64,000 nt of DNA, from the NCBI GenBank assembly GCA_049860595.1, contig CP187551.1. The stretch is one strand, 5' to 3'. The translations under genes were made by a program, and so were the position numbers. The notes beneath the pieces are model-generated. The model did not search any database. It saw only the letters and a program-made list of their open reading frames with translations, and had not been told where the DNA came from. The stretch is from Methanocaldococcus sp. 16A (GTDB lineage: Archaea > AGJL01 > Methanococci > Methanococcales > Methanocaldococcaceae). Positions within the stretch are counted from its first letter, which is position 1; each line of letters starts with the position of its first letter. Shown piece after piece: positions 9,645 through 20,367 of this stretch.

Positions 9645-10664
9645 TTATTTCTTTAAATAACTACAAACTTTTTCAAACATCAAATCAGTTGGGTCTTCTA
9701 ACTCAATAACTCCTAGTTTTTTTCCTAAGTTATCTTCAACATAATTTATAATTTCCTTAACATCATTTGTATGAATCATTCTATTTTTTTCAATTAGATA
9801 TTTATCAACCCCAAGCAACTCTTGAGGATAACAGGATATTGTAGGGACTCCAAGAATAGCACTCTCCCTATTCATTGTTCCTCCAGCACCAATCATGAAA
9901 TCAGAGTTATACAATAAAGAGAGAGCATCTATTGTTTCATTTGGAACAATAACATTAAGCTCTTTATATATATATTTTTGATTTTCATTCCTTGGAAATA
10001 CAACTATATTACAATCAATTCTCTTTTGAAGCTCTTTAATAATCACTGGCAAAATATCCCTATGCCCATTACAATAGGAAGAGTTCGGGCAAGGTCTCAT
10101 AACTATTGTTGGATTATTATTTGAAATTTCCAATTTTTTTAAAATTTCATTGTCTATTGGATAATATCCCTTTAACCTTGAATTTACATTTGCCATCTCA
10201 CATGTACCGTCAAAATTTACGAAATTTCTTCCTCCAAAATCTCTCAACTTATTTTCATCGGTTGCTATTGGCTTAATAATCTCATCGACCAATGGAAGAG
10301 TTAATTTATTTTGAGCTTCAGCGTGTTCATTATCTACAACAAAAATTATTGGAATGTTTAGACCAAAAGCAACTCTCGGCAGTTCGACAGAGTGTTTAGC
10401 TATAGCAACCTTTGGTTTTGCATTTGATATTAACTCAGCTAAGCCAATAACTCTCTCAGCATAAAAAATTAATTTATCTTTTAATGTTTTTCCATGCTTT
10501 CCAATGCATTTTCCAACAAAATCGTAAATTTCTACTAATTTAGCCAAATTTTTTGAATCTCTAAAAGTTAATAAATACTCAATCCCTTCCTTTTCAAATT
10601 TTTTTATTAGTTGGCAAAAATAATGCACATGGGGAGCATTTGTTAAATCAATCCATACATCCAA
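9645..10664 (-). CDS. DUF354-family GT-B-fold (glycosyltransferase-like) protein
   Basis: VWIDLTNAPHVHYF; GAGGTMNRESAILGVP. Confidence 0.8.
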   Translation of the reverse strand: MDVWIDLTNAPHVHYFCQLIKKFEKEGIEYLLTFRDSKNLAKLVEIYDFVGKCIGKHGKTLKDKLIFYAERVIGLAELISNAKPKVAIAKHSVELPRVAFGLNIPIIFVVDNEHAEAQNKLTLPLVDEIIKPIATDENKLRDFGGRNFVNFDGTCEMANVNSRLKGYYPIDNEILKKLEISNNNPTIVMRPCPNSSYCNGHRDILPVIIKELQKRIDCNIVVFPRNENQKYIYKELNVIVPNETIDALSLLYNSDFMIGAGGTMNRESAILGVPTISCYPQELLGVDKYLIEKNRMIHTNDVKEIINYVEDNLGKKLGVIELEDPTDLMFEKVCSYLKK

Positions 10665-10678
10665 AACAATCACCCCTT

Positions 10679-11872
10679 TTAATATAAATACACATCTACA
10701 AGCTCTCCTTTTTCATAACCTTCAACATTCTCTGGAATTAAGATATAACCGTCACTCTTTGTTAATGAGGAAATAACACCACTACCTGTTATTCTTATGG
10801 GTTCAACATCTCTATCTACCTTAACTCTAACAAAATCTACTCTGCCGAGTTCAGAAGCTACATTTCTCTTTAAGGGCATGGTTATTTTCTTTCTATTTAC
10901 AAAAAATCTTTGGATAAATAACTCAAATTGAACAGCTGATGCTACTGGATAACCAGACAGCATAAAGATAAGTTTATCATTAACTTTTCCTAATCCAAAA
11001 GGTTTTCCAGGTCTTATATTTACTCCATGTAATATAACATCTCCCATTTCTTTAACTGTTTCAATTGTAATATCTCTTTCACTTACAGAAGTACCTCCAG
11101 TGATTAATAAGATATCATTTTCATTTAGAGCTGTTTTAATGGCTTTTTTTAACTTTTCTTTATTATCTTCAACAGCATCATAAATTTTCGCATCAAATCC
11201 AAGATTTTTTACTAAACCATATAGCATATATGAATTAGAATTTATAATTTTTCCTTTTAGTTTGTTAATATCTTTTTTAATATCTCTAATTTCATCTAAA
11301 CTAACAAGCTCATCTCCTGTAGAAATTATCCCAAAACTTAAATCATAAACCTTAATTTTTTTAATTCCTAAAGATGCAAGCATATTTAAATGATAAGGAT
11401 TAATAACATCTCCTTTTTTTAAAACAACATCTCCTTTTTTAACATCTTCTCCAATTCTTGAAACATTTTCATTTGGATGAACTCCTTTATAAATCTCAAC
11501 GAAGTCATCAACTTCATTGCAAAATTCTTTCATAACAACAGCATCTGCATTTTTTGGCAGTTCATCTCCAGTAAATATTTTCTTCGCCTCTCCTGAAAAT
11601 ATCTCATCCCCATCAACGAGATTTAATATTATTGGGTTTGTTTCAGATGCTCCAAAGGTGTCTTCAGCTATAACAGCATATCCATCCATCGCGGCTTTAT
11701 TAAAATATGGTAAATCTATTGGGGCTGTTATATTTTCAGCAGATATTTTGTTTAACGCCTTAATAATATCAATTTCTTTAATTTTTTTATTATTGTTTAA
11801 ATAATTTGATAATTGCCCAAAAACAGTTTTTTCAGCATTTTTTAATGGCATTAATTTTCTTATTAGCTTCAT
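10679..11872 (-). CDS. moeA: Molybdopterin molybdenumtransferase MoeA
   Basis: AAMDGYAV, STGDEL, TGGTS, IRPGKP, SGYPVAS. Confidence 0.93.
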   Translation of the reverse strand: MKLIRKLMPLKNAEKTVFGQLSNYLNNNKKIKEIDIIKALNKISAENITAPIDLPYFNKAAMDGYAVIAEDTFGASETNPIILNLVDGDEIFSGEAKKIFTGDELPKNADAVVMKEFCNEVDDFVEIYKGVHPNENVSRIGEDVKKGDVVLKKGDVINPYHLNMLASLGIKKIKVYDLSFGIISTGDELVSLDEIRDIKKDINKLKGKIINSNSYMLYGLVKNLGFDAKIYDAVEDNKEKLKKAIKTALNENDILLITGGTSVSERDITIETVKEMGDVILHGVNIRPGKPFGLGKVNDKLIFMLSGYPVASAVQFELFIQRFFVNRKKITMPLKRNVASELGRVDFVRVKVDRDVEPIRITGSGVISSLTKSDGYILIPENVEGYEKGELVDVYLY

Positions 11873-11969
11873 ATTTTCACCAATAGGTAGTATTTTTAAA
11901 GAAATTATATAAAGTTTGAAATATAAAAAATTAGATTATAGGAAAATAAGTTAGTAGATGGTGATTTAA

Positions 11970-13481
11970 ATGCTACTCCTAAAGGTTAGAGTTTTAGACA
12001 TTGACTTGGAAAATTTAGTTTTAATTAACTCTGAAGATTTAAAAAATTCCCAATATTTCCCTCAAGATAGAGTAGTTGTTGAATTTAAAGGAAAAGAGGT
12101 TATTGGAGTTTTGTATTCATCAATCACATTAATAAATAGAGGGGAAATTGGGCTACCTCAAAAGTTGGTTAAAGATTTAGGTGTTAAAGAAGGAGATACA
12201 GTTACAATAAAACATGCTGAAAAACCAAAATCTCTCCCATATATAAGAAAAAAGATGGATGGAAATAAATTAAGAAAAGAAGAAATTTTTGCAATTATAG
12301 ATGAGATGGTTGATGGGAAGCTAACAAATATTGAGATATCAGCCTTTGTTACCTCCTTATACATAAATGGAATGGACATGGATGAAATTGAAGCAATGAC
12401 TATTAGAATGGCTGAAACTGGAGATATGGTTAATTGGGAAGGGCAGATATTTGATGTGCATTCAATTGGAGGAGTTCCTGGAAACAAATATGCTTTATTA
12501 GTTGTGCCAATAGTAGCCTCTGCTGGATTAAAGATTCCAAAAACTTCATCAAGGGCAATAACTTCAGCAGCAGGAACAGCAGATGTTGTTGAGGTTTTAA
12601 CAAGAGTAGATTTAACTATTGAAGAAATAAAAAGAGTTGTTAAAGAAACTAATGGCTGTATGGTATGGGGAGGGGCTTTGGATTTAGCTCCTGCGGATGA
12701 TATAACAATAAATGTTGAAAGACCTCTTGGTATAGACCCTGAACCTCTATTATTATCAAGTGTCATGGCAAAAAAATTGGCTATGGGTGTCAATAAACTA
12801 TTGATTGACATTCCAACTGGTTATGGAGCAAAGGTTAAATCTATAAAAGAAGCTTCAAGGTTAGCAAGGAATTTTATTGAACTGAGTGATAGATTAAGAA
12901 TAGCTACTGAGTGTGCTATCACCTATGGAGGACAGCCAATTGGTAGAGCTATTGGCCCAGCTTTGGAAGCAAAAGAGGCATTATTAGCTTTAGAAGATTA
13001 CAAACAGGCTCCAACAAGTTTAGTGGAGAAATCTATATCACTTGCAGGAATTTTATTAGAGATGGGAGGAGTAGCTCCTTCTGGAGAAGGAAAGTATTTG
13101 GCTGAGAATATATTAGCAAAAGGAAAAGCTCATGACAAATTTATGGAGATTATTGTAGCTCAAGGAGGAAAAGAGGTTAGCTCCGATGAGATTGACGTTG
13201 GGAAATACTACGCAGATATACATTCTCCAATAGATGGGTATGTTACAAGAATATCAAATGCTGGAATTACAAAAATTGCTAAAGAAGCAGGAGCTCCAAA
13301 TGATAAAAAAGCTGGAGTTTATTTGAATGTAAAAGTCGGAAATAAAGTTGAAAAAGGAGACGTATTATATACAATATATTCAAGTTCAGAGGAGAGATTA
13401 AAATCTGCAGTAAAATTGGCAAGAATATTATATCCAGTAAGAGTTGAAGGTATGTTACTTCAAAAAATTTCAAGATTTTAA
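11970..13481 (+). CDS. deoA: AMP phosphorylase (thymidine phosphorylase family)
   Basis: DVHSIGGVPGNK, KTSSRAITSAAGTAD; N-terminal extension typical of archaeal AMPpase. Confidence 0.92.
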   Translation: MLLLKVRVLDIDLENLVLINSEDLKNSQYFPQDRVVVEFKGKEVIGVLYSSITLINRGEIGLPQKLVKDLGVKEGDTVTIKHAEKPKSLPYIRKKMDGNKLRKEEIFAIIDEMVDGKLTNIEISAFVTSLYINGMDMDEIEAMTIRMAETGDMVNWEGQIFDVHSIGGVPGNKYALLVVPIVASAGLKIPKTSSRAITSAAGTADVVEVLTRVDLTIEEIKRVVKETNGCMVWGGALDLAPADDITINVERPLGIDPEPLLLSSVMAKKLAMGVNKLLIDIPTGYGAKVKSIKEASRLARNFIELSDRLRIATECAITYGGQPIGRAIGPALEAKEALLALEDYKQAPTSLVEKSISLAGILLEMGGVAPSGEGKYLAENILAKGKAHDKFMEIIVAQGGKEVSSDEIDVGKYYADIHSPIDGYVTRISNAGITKIAKEAGAPNDKKAGVYLNVKVGNKVEKGDVLYTIYSSSEERLKSAVKLARILYPVRVEGMLLQKISRF

Positions 13482-13721
13482 GTGAATGTCTTTATTATTA
13501 TTTAATAATAATTTTTCTGACTCTTTTAATTTTGGGCAAGCTAACAATATTAAATCATATAACTCAGTATTTCTTGTAGCATTTAATACATTAGATATTA
13601 CTCTTCTATTGTTAGCATGTGACTCAAGAATATGTCTAATCATAATTACTTTAATTCCTACATATTTTGCGTTATTATTAATTATTTCTAAATCCTTTAA
13701 GACTTTTTTTTCAATTTTCAT
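13470..13721 (-). CDS. Hypothetical protein
   Basis: GGGATAG RBS-like sequence before ATG 13721; plausible composition; no recognised motif. Confidence 0.55.
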   Translation of the reverse strand: MKIEKKVLKDLEIINNNAKYVGIKVIMIRHILESHANNRRVISNVLNATRNTELYDLILLACPKLKESEKLLLNNNKDIHLKS

Positions 13722-13940
13722 AACTATCCCTACAAAAATATAAACCAAATTATAAAAAATATTAAAAAATATTAAAAATACATGATAGAACAAAAATCCC
13801 TCTATAACTCCATGTCCTATATTATGGTATTAAAATATTTATAAATTTTTTGCACATGCTTCTATATGTATGTATGTATGTTCTTATGGACATAAAATAG
13901 TAAAATAATTAAAAATAATTAAATAAAAATAAAATAAATT

Positions 13941-15050
13941 TTATTTAAATTTTAATTTTCTAATTTTTAACTTCATAGTTCTCTCTATATATTTTAATTT
14001 TTTGTACTCTTTTCTATTGATAATTGATATTGCCTTTCCTTTTTTTCCCGCTCTTCCAGTTCTTCCAATCCTATGCATATAAGATTCAGGATTTTGTGGG
14101 AGGTGATAGTTAATTACACAGTTTAAATCATTAACATCTATACCTCTACTCATAACATCAGTAGCAATTAAAATTTTAATTCTTTTTTGTTTAAATAGCC
14201 TTATAATCTTCTCTCTTTGGGATTGACTTAAATCTCCATGAATTGCCCCAGCTTTAAATCCAATATCTCTCAACATATTTGCCAATTCTTTAGTATCTCT
14301 CTTAGTTTTACAAAAAACCAATCCATAAAATTCTTTATTTTTTAATAATCTGCATAAAGCTTCAAATCTCTCATTTTCATTAACTTCTATATAGCTTTGC
14401 TCAATATTTGCATTTATCTTAGCTCTTACAAACTTATAATCTCCCATGTATTTTTTAGCTAAGTTTAATATCTCCTTTGGCATGGTGGCAGAGAACAACA
14501 AAATTCTCTTATTTTTATTACAGGCATTTAAAATCTTCTCTACATCTTCAACAAATCCCATATTGAGCATTTCATCAGCTTCATCCAATATAACGTATTT
14601 AACATTTTTTAGGTTTAAAGTACCTCTATTTATATGGTCTAAAATTCTTCCAGGAGTTCCAACAACTATATTAGCATTTTTTAAAGCTTTAATTTGTGGA
14701 TAAATGGCTTTTCCTCCATAAATTTTGGCAATCTTTAAATTTTTGTTACCTTTTAATGATTCTATTTCATCAGCCACTTGTATAGCTAATTCTCTTGTTG
14801 GGGTTAATATTATTGCCTCTATTTTATGGTTTTCATTGTTTTTATCATCAATAAGCTCAATTAATGGAATTGCAAACGCTGCAGTTTTTCCACTTCCAGT
14901 TCTTGCTTGAGCTACTATATTACCTTCATCATTTAAAAATAGTGGTATAACCTTCATTTGAATATCTGTTGGATTTTCAAAACCTTTATTTTTAATGGCT
15001 GTTAAAACATTCTCTGATAAATTTAATTCACTAAAATTCATATATTCCAC
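13941..15050 (-). CDS. DEAD-box RNA helicase (minimal two-RecA-domain)
   Basis: ARTGSGKT, PTRELA, DEAD, SAT, HRIGRTGR. Confidence 0.96.
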   Translation of the reverse strand: MEYMNFSELNLSENVLTAIKNKGFENPTDIQMKVIPLFLNDEGNIVAQARTGSGKTAAFAIPLIELIDDKNNENHKIEAIILTPTRELAIQVADEIESLKGNKNLKIAKIYGGKAIYPQIKALKNANIVVGTPGRILDHINRGTLNLKNVKYVILDEADEMLNMGFVEDVEKILNACNKNKRILLFSATMPKEILNLAKKYMGDYKFVRAKINANIEQSYIEVNENERFEALCRLLKNKEFYGLVFCKTKRDTKELANMLRDIGFKAGAIHGDLSQSQREKIIRLFKQKRIKILIATDVMSRGIDVNDLNCVINYHLPQNPESYMHRIGRTGRAGKKGKAISIINRKEYKKLKYIERTMKLKIRKLKFK

Positions 15051-15115
15051 ATCCTAATGAAATTCATTTTTAAAGATGCTAAAAAGAGATTTTAGCATCC
15101 TCAACAACTATGGGT

Positions 15116-16177
15116 TTATAGTATAAAAATGTTTGCATTTTTAAAAAATTCCGTTCTCATCTTTTTAATAATCTCTGATGAGTTTAAATCTTCCTTTTGG
15201 ATATTTAAAATTTCTTCTGGAATATTTCCTTTTTTTATCTGTTTTGTTGATAGGTATTTTCCTATTTTGATTAATTTTTCTTTTAACTTTTTTCTTCTTT
15301 TCTCTCTATCCTCTATTATTTTATCTTTAGTTAAATTTAAGGTTTTATCCCTATAAGGTAGAGCTATAACTGATAAAGCTATAATTCTCTCATCAATCTC
15401 ATTAATTCTATCTGGTTTAAAATCTGGGTTTTTGTATGCTAATGTTATTCCCCTCTTTCTTCCTATGCTCTCTTTTTCTGAAATTACAAAATTAGATTCA
15501 ACCAAAGCACTTCTAAAAGGAATTGATGAAGAATAAGATATTAAAACTCCATTATCTTCCATTCTTTTATAAACTTCTTTTAAAAAATCGTAAGTATAGA
15601 GAGTAGGGTCTCTCTTTGGTGAAAATGCATCGTGAAAAACTATGTTGTATCTTTTATCACTTTTTATTATAAATTTTCTTGCATCTCCAACATATAGATT
15701 GATGTTACTATAAGGGGAGTTATATTCAATACCAATTTTGTTTAAAAAATACTCTCTAACCTTATCTTTTATAATCTCATGCTCTTTATATGGAATATCT
15801 AAAAATAAAGTTAAAAATAAAGCTTCTTCACAGATTTCAACCATATCAATCTCTGCATTTTTATTATGATGTAAAGCGGCTATAGCATTATATCCTAAAC
15901 CGCTACATAAATCCAAAACTCTCGGATTTTTTAAATTTTCAATTTTTGATGGCTTTGCAAACTTATAGATTGCTTCTTTTAAAGCCCCAACTTTCGAATG
16001 CATCATCTCTTCATCATCTTCTGCCTTTAATGTATAAGTTCCATCTTCAGTTTCTACTAAAACCTTTTCTTCTTTTAACTTTCTAATTATATTCTCTTTA
16101 ATGTCCTCTTCATTCTTTCCATTGTAAATTTTCATATACTTTCTAATAATTCCTAAAGCTTTTTTGTTTGGAAGCAT
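15116..16177 (-). CDS. MnmC/MnmD-like SAM-dependent tRNA U34 methyltransferase
   Basis: MHSKVGALKEA, LDLCSGLGYN, HDAFSP, SYSS motifs. Confidence 0.75.
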   Translation of the reverse strand: MLPNKKALGIIRKYMKIYNGKNEEDIKENIIRKLKEEKVLVETEDGTYTLKAEDDEEMMHSKVGALKEAIYKFAKPSKIENLKNPRVLDLCSGLGYNAIAALHHNKNAEIDMVEICEEALFLTLFLDIPYKEHEIIKDKVREYFLNKIGIEYNSPYSNINLYVGDARKFIIKSDKRYNIVFHDAFSPKRDPTLYTYDFLKEVYKRMEDNGVLISYSSSIPFRSALVESNFVISEKESIGRKRGITLAYKNPDFKPDRINEIDERIIALSVIALPYRDKTLNLTKDKIIEDREKRRKKLKEKLIKIGKYLSTKQIKKGNIPEEILNIQKEDLNSSEIIKKMRTEFFKNANIFIL

Positions 16178-16208
16178 AAAAACCACATAATTATTTTTTA
16201 TTTTTTTA

Positions 16209-16928
<720 letters not shown>

Positions 16929-17205
16929 TTATATATAGTTAAGTTAAACAACACTAAAGTGTGAATAATATAATCACATATATTTAAGTGTAAAAAAATG
17001 TATGATTGGAATAAACCAAATAGTAGATAGTGAGACATACTCTATATTATGTCCTACATAATATATTAACTTTTGATAATAAGACCAAAGATAATAGATG
17101 AGCGTCTAAGAAAAGGTCAGGAATGTGTTACGATATTTGTCCAAGAGTATCATCAGAAAAATACCAAAAAAGAAGTTTAAAGAAGAATATTATTTAGGTT
17201 AGTTA

Positions 17206-17916
17206 GAGACTGTCAAGATAAAGATTAAATAAATATGTGTAAATAAAGGAAGATATGAAACTTACGATAGAAATGTTAAAGGAAGGGATTAAGAAGATAG
17301 TTAAAAGGAATAAGAAGTCGATAGAGATTAAAATTTTAGCTGGAATTTTGTATTATTTAGGATTATCGTTAAGAAAGGTTAGTTTGTTTCTTTCTCAATT
17401 TGAAAGTATAAGTCATGAATCGGTTAGAACATATTATCACAAGATTAAGGAGATTTTAAACGAGCCTGAAAGAAAGACAAGAAACCTAATAGCAATCGAT
17501 GAAACTAAACTAAAGATTGGAAATGAAACTATTTATGTATGGTCTGCTATCGATGTGGGTTCTAAAGAATGTTTAGGTATCTATGTCTCTAAAACAAGAT
17601 GCTACCTCGATACAATCTTATTCGTAAAAAATATATTAAAATTTTGCTCGAATAAACCAAAGATTTTAGTCGATGGTGGCAAATGGTATCCGTGGGCACT
17701 GCAAAGATTAGGACTAAAATTCGAAAGAGTTCGATTCGGTTTAAGAAATTGTGTCGAAAGTTTCTTTTCCCTACTCAAACGAAGAACTAAATCTTTCTAT
17801 AATCGATTCCCAAGTAATACTAAATTCTCAACCGTCATTAGCTGGCTCGTATCTTTCTCCTCTTTCTATAACTTCTTTCTCTCCTTATCTTGACATCGTC
17901 TTATCTTGACATCGTC
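17206..17916 (+). mobile_element. IS6-family insertion sequence
   Basis: Left IR GAGACTGTCAAGATAA (17206-17221) matches the reverse complement of TTATCTTGACATCGTC (17885-17900, repeated 17901-17916) at 13/16; encloses a DDE transposase; no clear target duplication. Confidence 0.85.
17255..17893 (+). CDS. IS6-family DDE transposase
   Basis: HTH (GLSLRKVS...SHESVRTY); [23 protein letters not shown]. Confidence 0.92.
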   Translation: MKLTIEMLKEGIKKIVKRNKKSIEIKILAGILYYLGLSLRKVSLFLSQFESISHESVRTYYHKIKEILNEPERKTRNLIAIDETKLKIGNETIYVWSAIDVGSKECLGIYVSKTRCYLDTILFVKNILKFCSNKPKILVDGGKWYPWALQRLGLKFERVRFGLRNCVESFFSLLKRRTKSFYNRFPSNTKFSTVISWLVSFSSFYNFFLSLS

Positions 17917-17925
17917 GGGAAAATT

Positions 17926-18774
17926 ATGAAAAATAATACTTCATATAATAAAGAAAATCTAGCTAACGTCTGTCAAAAAATTTTAAATAAAATTAATGAA
18001 CCTATAACTATAGAAAAGTTAGATACAATATGTGATGAGTTATTAAACGTATATCCAAAACATCCAGTTGCTAATTTTTTAAAAGGTCTTTTACTAACAG
18101 TAACAGGCAATTTTGAACATGCATTAAAATTTTTTGATAAAGGATTAGAAAACAATCCTAAAAATACTTTGATAAAATTTCTTAAAGCTCATAATTATGA
18201 ACTTATGAATAGGATAGATAAAAGTTTAAAAGAATATGATGAGACTTTAGAAATTAATCCTCGTTTTCTCCCAGCATTGCTTAGAAAAGGCGAAATTCTC
18301 AGAAAATTTGGAAAATATGAAGAAGCATTAGAATGTTATAACAAAGTATTAGAAATTTCCTCAAACCTAACAGCCCTTTATGGAAAAGCTTTGATTTTAT
18401 ATAGATTAGGAAAATTTGAAGAAGCAGTGGATTGTTTAAACAAAGCCTTAGAGATAAATCCTAACTTTTTATCAGCACTTATACTAAAATCCAAAATATT
18501 ATTATCATTAAATAAACTTTCAGAGACGATAATGACATTAAAAAAAGCACTTGACATAAGACCTGATGATATAGGGGCTTTATTTATTTTAGGTATTGCC
18601 CATTTGAGATTAAAAGAGTTCAAAGAAGCCATTGAAGTGTTTGACAAAGTTTTAAAAAAGAATCCTTATCATTTAGGAGCCAAACTTGGTAAAGCTATAG
18701 CTTATGAAAAAATAGGAGATTTGGAAAAAGCCGTTAAATTATACAACAAAATATTTACCTACTACTCAGAATAA
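17926..18774 (+). CDS. Tetratricopeptide-repeat protein
   Basis: About 7 TPR units (KGEILRKFGKYEEALECYNKVLEI etc.); the ORF-track start lies within the IS end, while ATG 17926 follows GGGA. Confidence 0.88.
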   Translation: MKNNTSYNKENLANVCQKILNKINEPITIEKLDTICDELLNVYPKHPVANFLKGLLLTVTGNFEHALKFFDKGLENNPKNTLIKFLKAHNYELMNRIDKSLKEYDETLEINPRFLPALLRKGEILRKFGKYEEALECYNKVLEISSNLTALYGKALILYRLGKFEEAVDCLNKALEINPNFLSALILKSKILLSLNKLSETIMTLKKALDIRPDDIGALFILGIAHLRLKEFKEAIEVFDKVLKKNPYHLGAKLGKAIAYEKIGDLEKAVKLYNKIFTYYSE

Positions 18775-18797
18775 TGAAATATCATTTATTATTCTTT

Positions 18798-20096
18798 TTA
18801 AATATATAGGAAGAAATATAAAGTTATTAAAGTTGCAGAGATTATTGACAAAATTACTCCAATTTTCATCATCTCTTCTTTTTTGACACCTTCACCATAT
18901 ACAATAGCATTAGGTGGGGTTCCTACTGGCAGAATAAATGAACACGATGCCGATATACCGATAGCTAATATTAAAATCTCTTTTGGAATTCCTAAAGACG
19001 CTCCAAATAGTATTGGAACTAATATTCCAGTCAGTCCAGTGTTGCTTATAAAATTGGTTAGAATTATTGTTATTATAATGACAGCAAATAAAACTACAAT
19101 TGGGCTTAAATTACCTAATATAGCTATAAGTTTTTCAGATAAGAATGTGTTGGCTCCACTTTCAACAATAATCCCTCCTAAGCATAAAGCTCCACCAAAT
19201 AAAATTAAAGTACCCCAATCTATTTTCTTGAAATCATTAACTTCAACTAAATTAAATACAAACAACAAAATTATAGCAAATATAGAGATTATTGAATCAA
19301 AATATTTGATATTAAAAATTTCACTTAAATAATCACTAATTATCCAAAGAAAAGCTATCAATAAAAATATTCCTAACAATGTATAAGCTTTTACATTTAA
19401 CTCCGTTCTTGCTTGAATAGCAATGTTTTCTTTTGGAATCCATTTTTTAAAGTAAATATATAGTGTTAAGGTAGAGATTAAAAATAACAATAAGCTTATT
19501 GGAAATCCAACTTTAAACCAGCTAAAAAATCCATAATTTAAATAACTACTTGCTATGGCATTTGGTGGAGAGCCAATAATTGTTGCTATTCCTCCTACAG
19601 AAGCAGAGTAAGCAACCCCCAACAATAAAAAATCCCTCAACTTATCAGTTTTATTATAAACTAAGCCAAGAGCTATTGGCAATAAAATTAATGTTGCAGA
19701 TGTGTTGCTAATCCACATCGACAAAAAATATGCGGATAAAAACATTAAAAAGCTGGTAGTTTTAAAATCCTTTCCATAATTTAGTAGCTTATAGGCAATA
19801 AATTTATCTAAATTATGATTTTTTAATGCCTGTGCAAGCATAAACCCTCCTAAGAATAGGAATATTATTGGATGAGCAAAGTATGTCAAAGCCTCTTTTA
19901 AATTAAAAATTCCTAAAAACACTGCCATTATTGGAATTACTAAGGATGTAACTGGAAGAGGTAGTAATTCAAAAAACCATAGGCATCCAGCAACTACTAA
20001 TATAATAATACCTTTATAAATATCTGGTAATGTTGCTCCAAAAATAAGAGAGATTATAATTATCCCCAATCCTATAAATTCTTTTGACAATTTCAT
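18798..20096 (-). CDS. SLC13/DASS-family di/tricarboxylate or sulfate symporter
   Basis: SMWISNTSA, GGIATIIGSPPNA, TNFISNT, LPVGTPPNA. Confidence 0.92.
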   Translation of the reverse strand: MKLSKEFIGLGIIIISLIFGATLPDIYKGIIILVVAGCLWFFELLPLPVTSLVIPIMAVFLGIFNLKEALTYFAHPIIFLFLGGFMLAQALKNHNLDKFIAYKLLNYGKDFKTTSFLMFLSAYFLSMWISNTSATLILLPIALGLVYNKTDKLRDFLLLGVAYSASVGGIATIIGSPPNAIASSYLNYGFFSWFKVGFPISLLLFLISTLTLYIYFKKWIPKENIAIQARTELNVKAYTLLGIFLLIAFLWIISDYLSEIFNIKYFDSIISIFAIILLFVFNLVEVNDFKKIDWGTLILFGGALCLGGIIVESGANTFLSEKLIAILGNLSPIVVLFAVIIITIILTNFISNTGLTGILVPILFGASLGIPKEILILAIGISASCSFILPVGTPPNAIVYGEGVKKEEMMKIGVILSIISATLITLYFFLYI

Positions 20097-20166
20097 TATC
20101 CCTCCCCCACCTAATTTAAATTTTTAATAAAAGTTTAACTTGTTCATGTCCTATAATAGTTAAGTT

Positions 20167-20174
20167 TTTATATA
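20167..20174 (+). promoter_or_regulatory. Putative TATA box (TTTATATA) predicting a start near 20198-20201
   Basis: Consensus methanococcal box A; the tRNA promoters here have an ATGC initiator about 31 nt after the first T. Confidence 0.5.
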
Positions 20175-20197
20175 TCTTGTGTGTTTATTCATTATTC

Positions 20198-20229
20198 ATA
20201 GACTCGCATGGCTGACCCGTGTCTCTTTT
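20198..20229 (+). ncRNA. Candidate ~30-nt small RNA antisense to two 16S rRNA sites
   Basis: 20201-20213 is the exact reverse complement of 54327-54339; 20214-20225 is the exact reverse complement of 54592-54603; TATA upstream, T-run downstream. Confidence 0.55.
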
Positions 20230-20367
20230 ATAAAACAAAATTTAAAGTAAAAATTATAAAATTATAAATGGTATTTGGGATAAATTCTCCAAAGAATTTA
20301 TAGGTTTAGAAATAATAAGAAATCTAATTGAAAAATATTAAAAACAAAATTATTACCGGGTGTTAAT

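Noticed and set aside
13865-13880. (TATG)4 microsatellite
   Set aside because: Too short to be meaningful in an AT-rich spacer.
17073-17180. 35-codon TTG-started ORF upstream of the IS (LIIRPKIIDERLRKGQECV...)
   Set aside because: No RBS and no recognisable homology; may be a gene remnant but cannot be supported.
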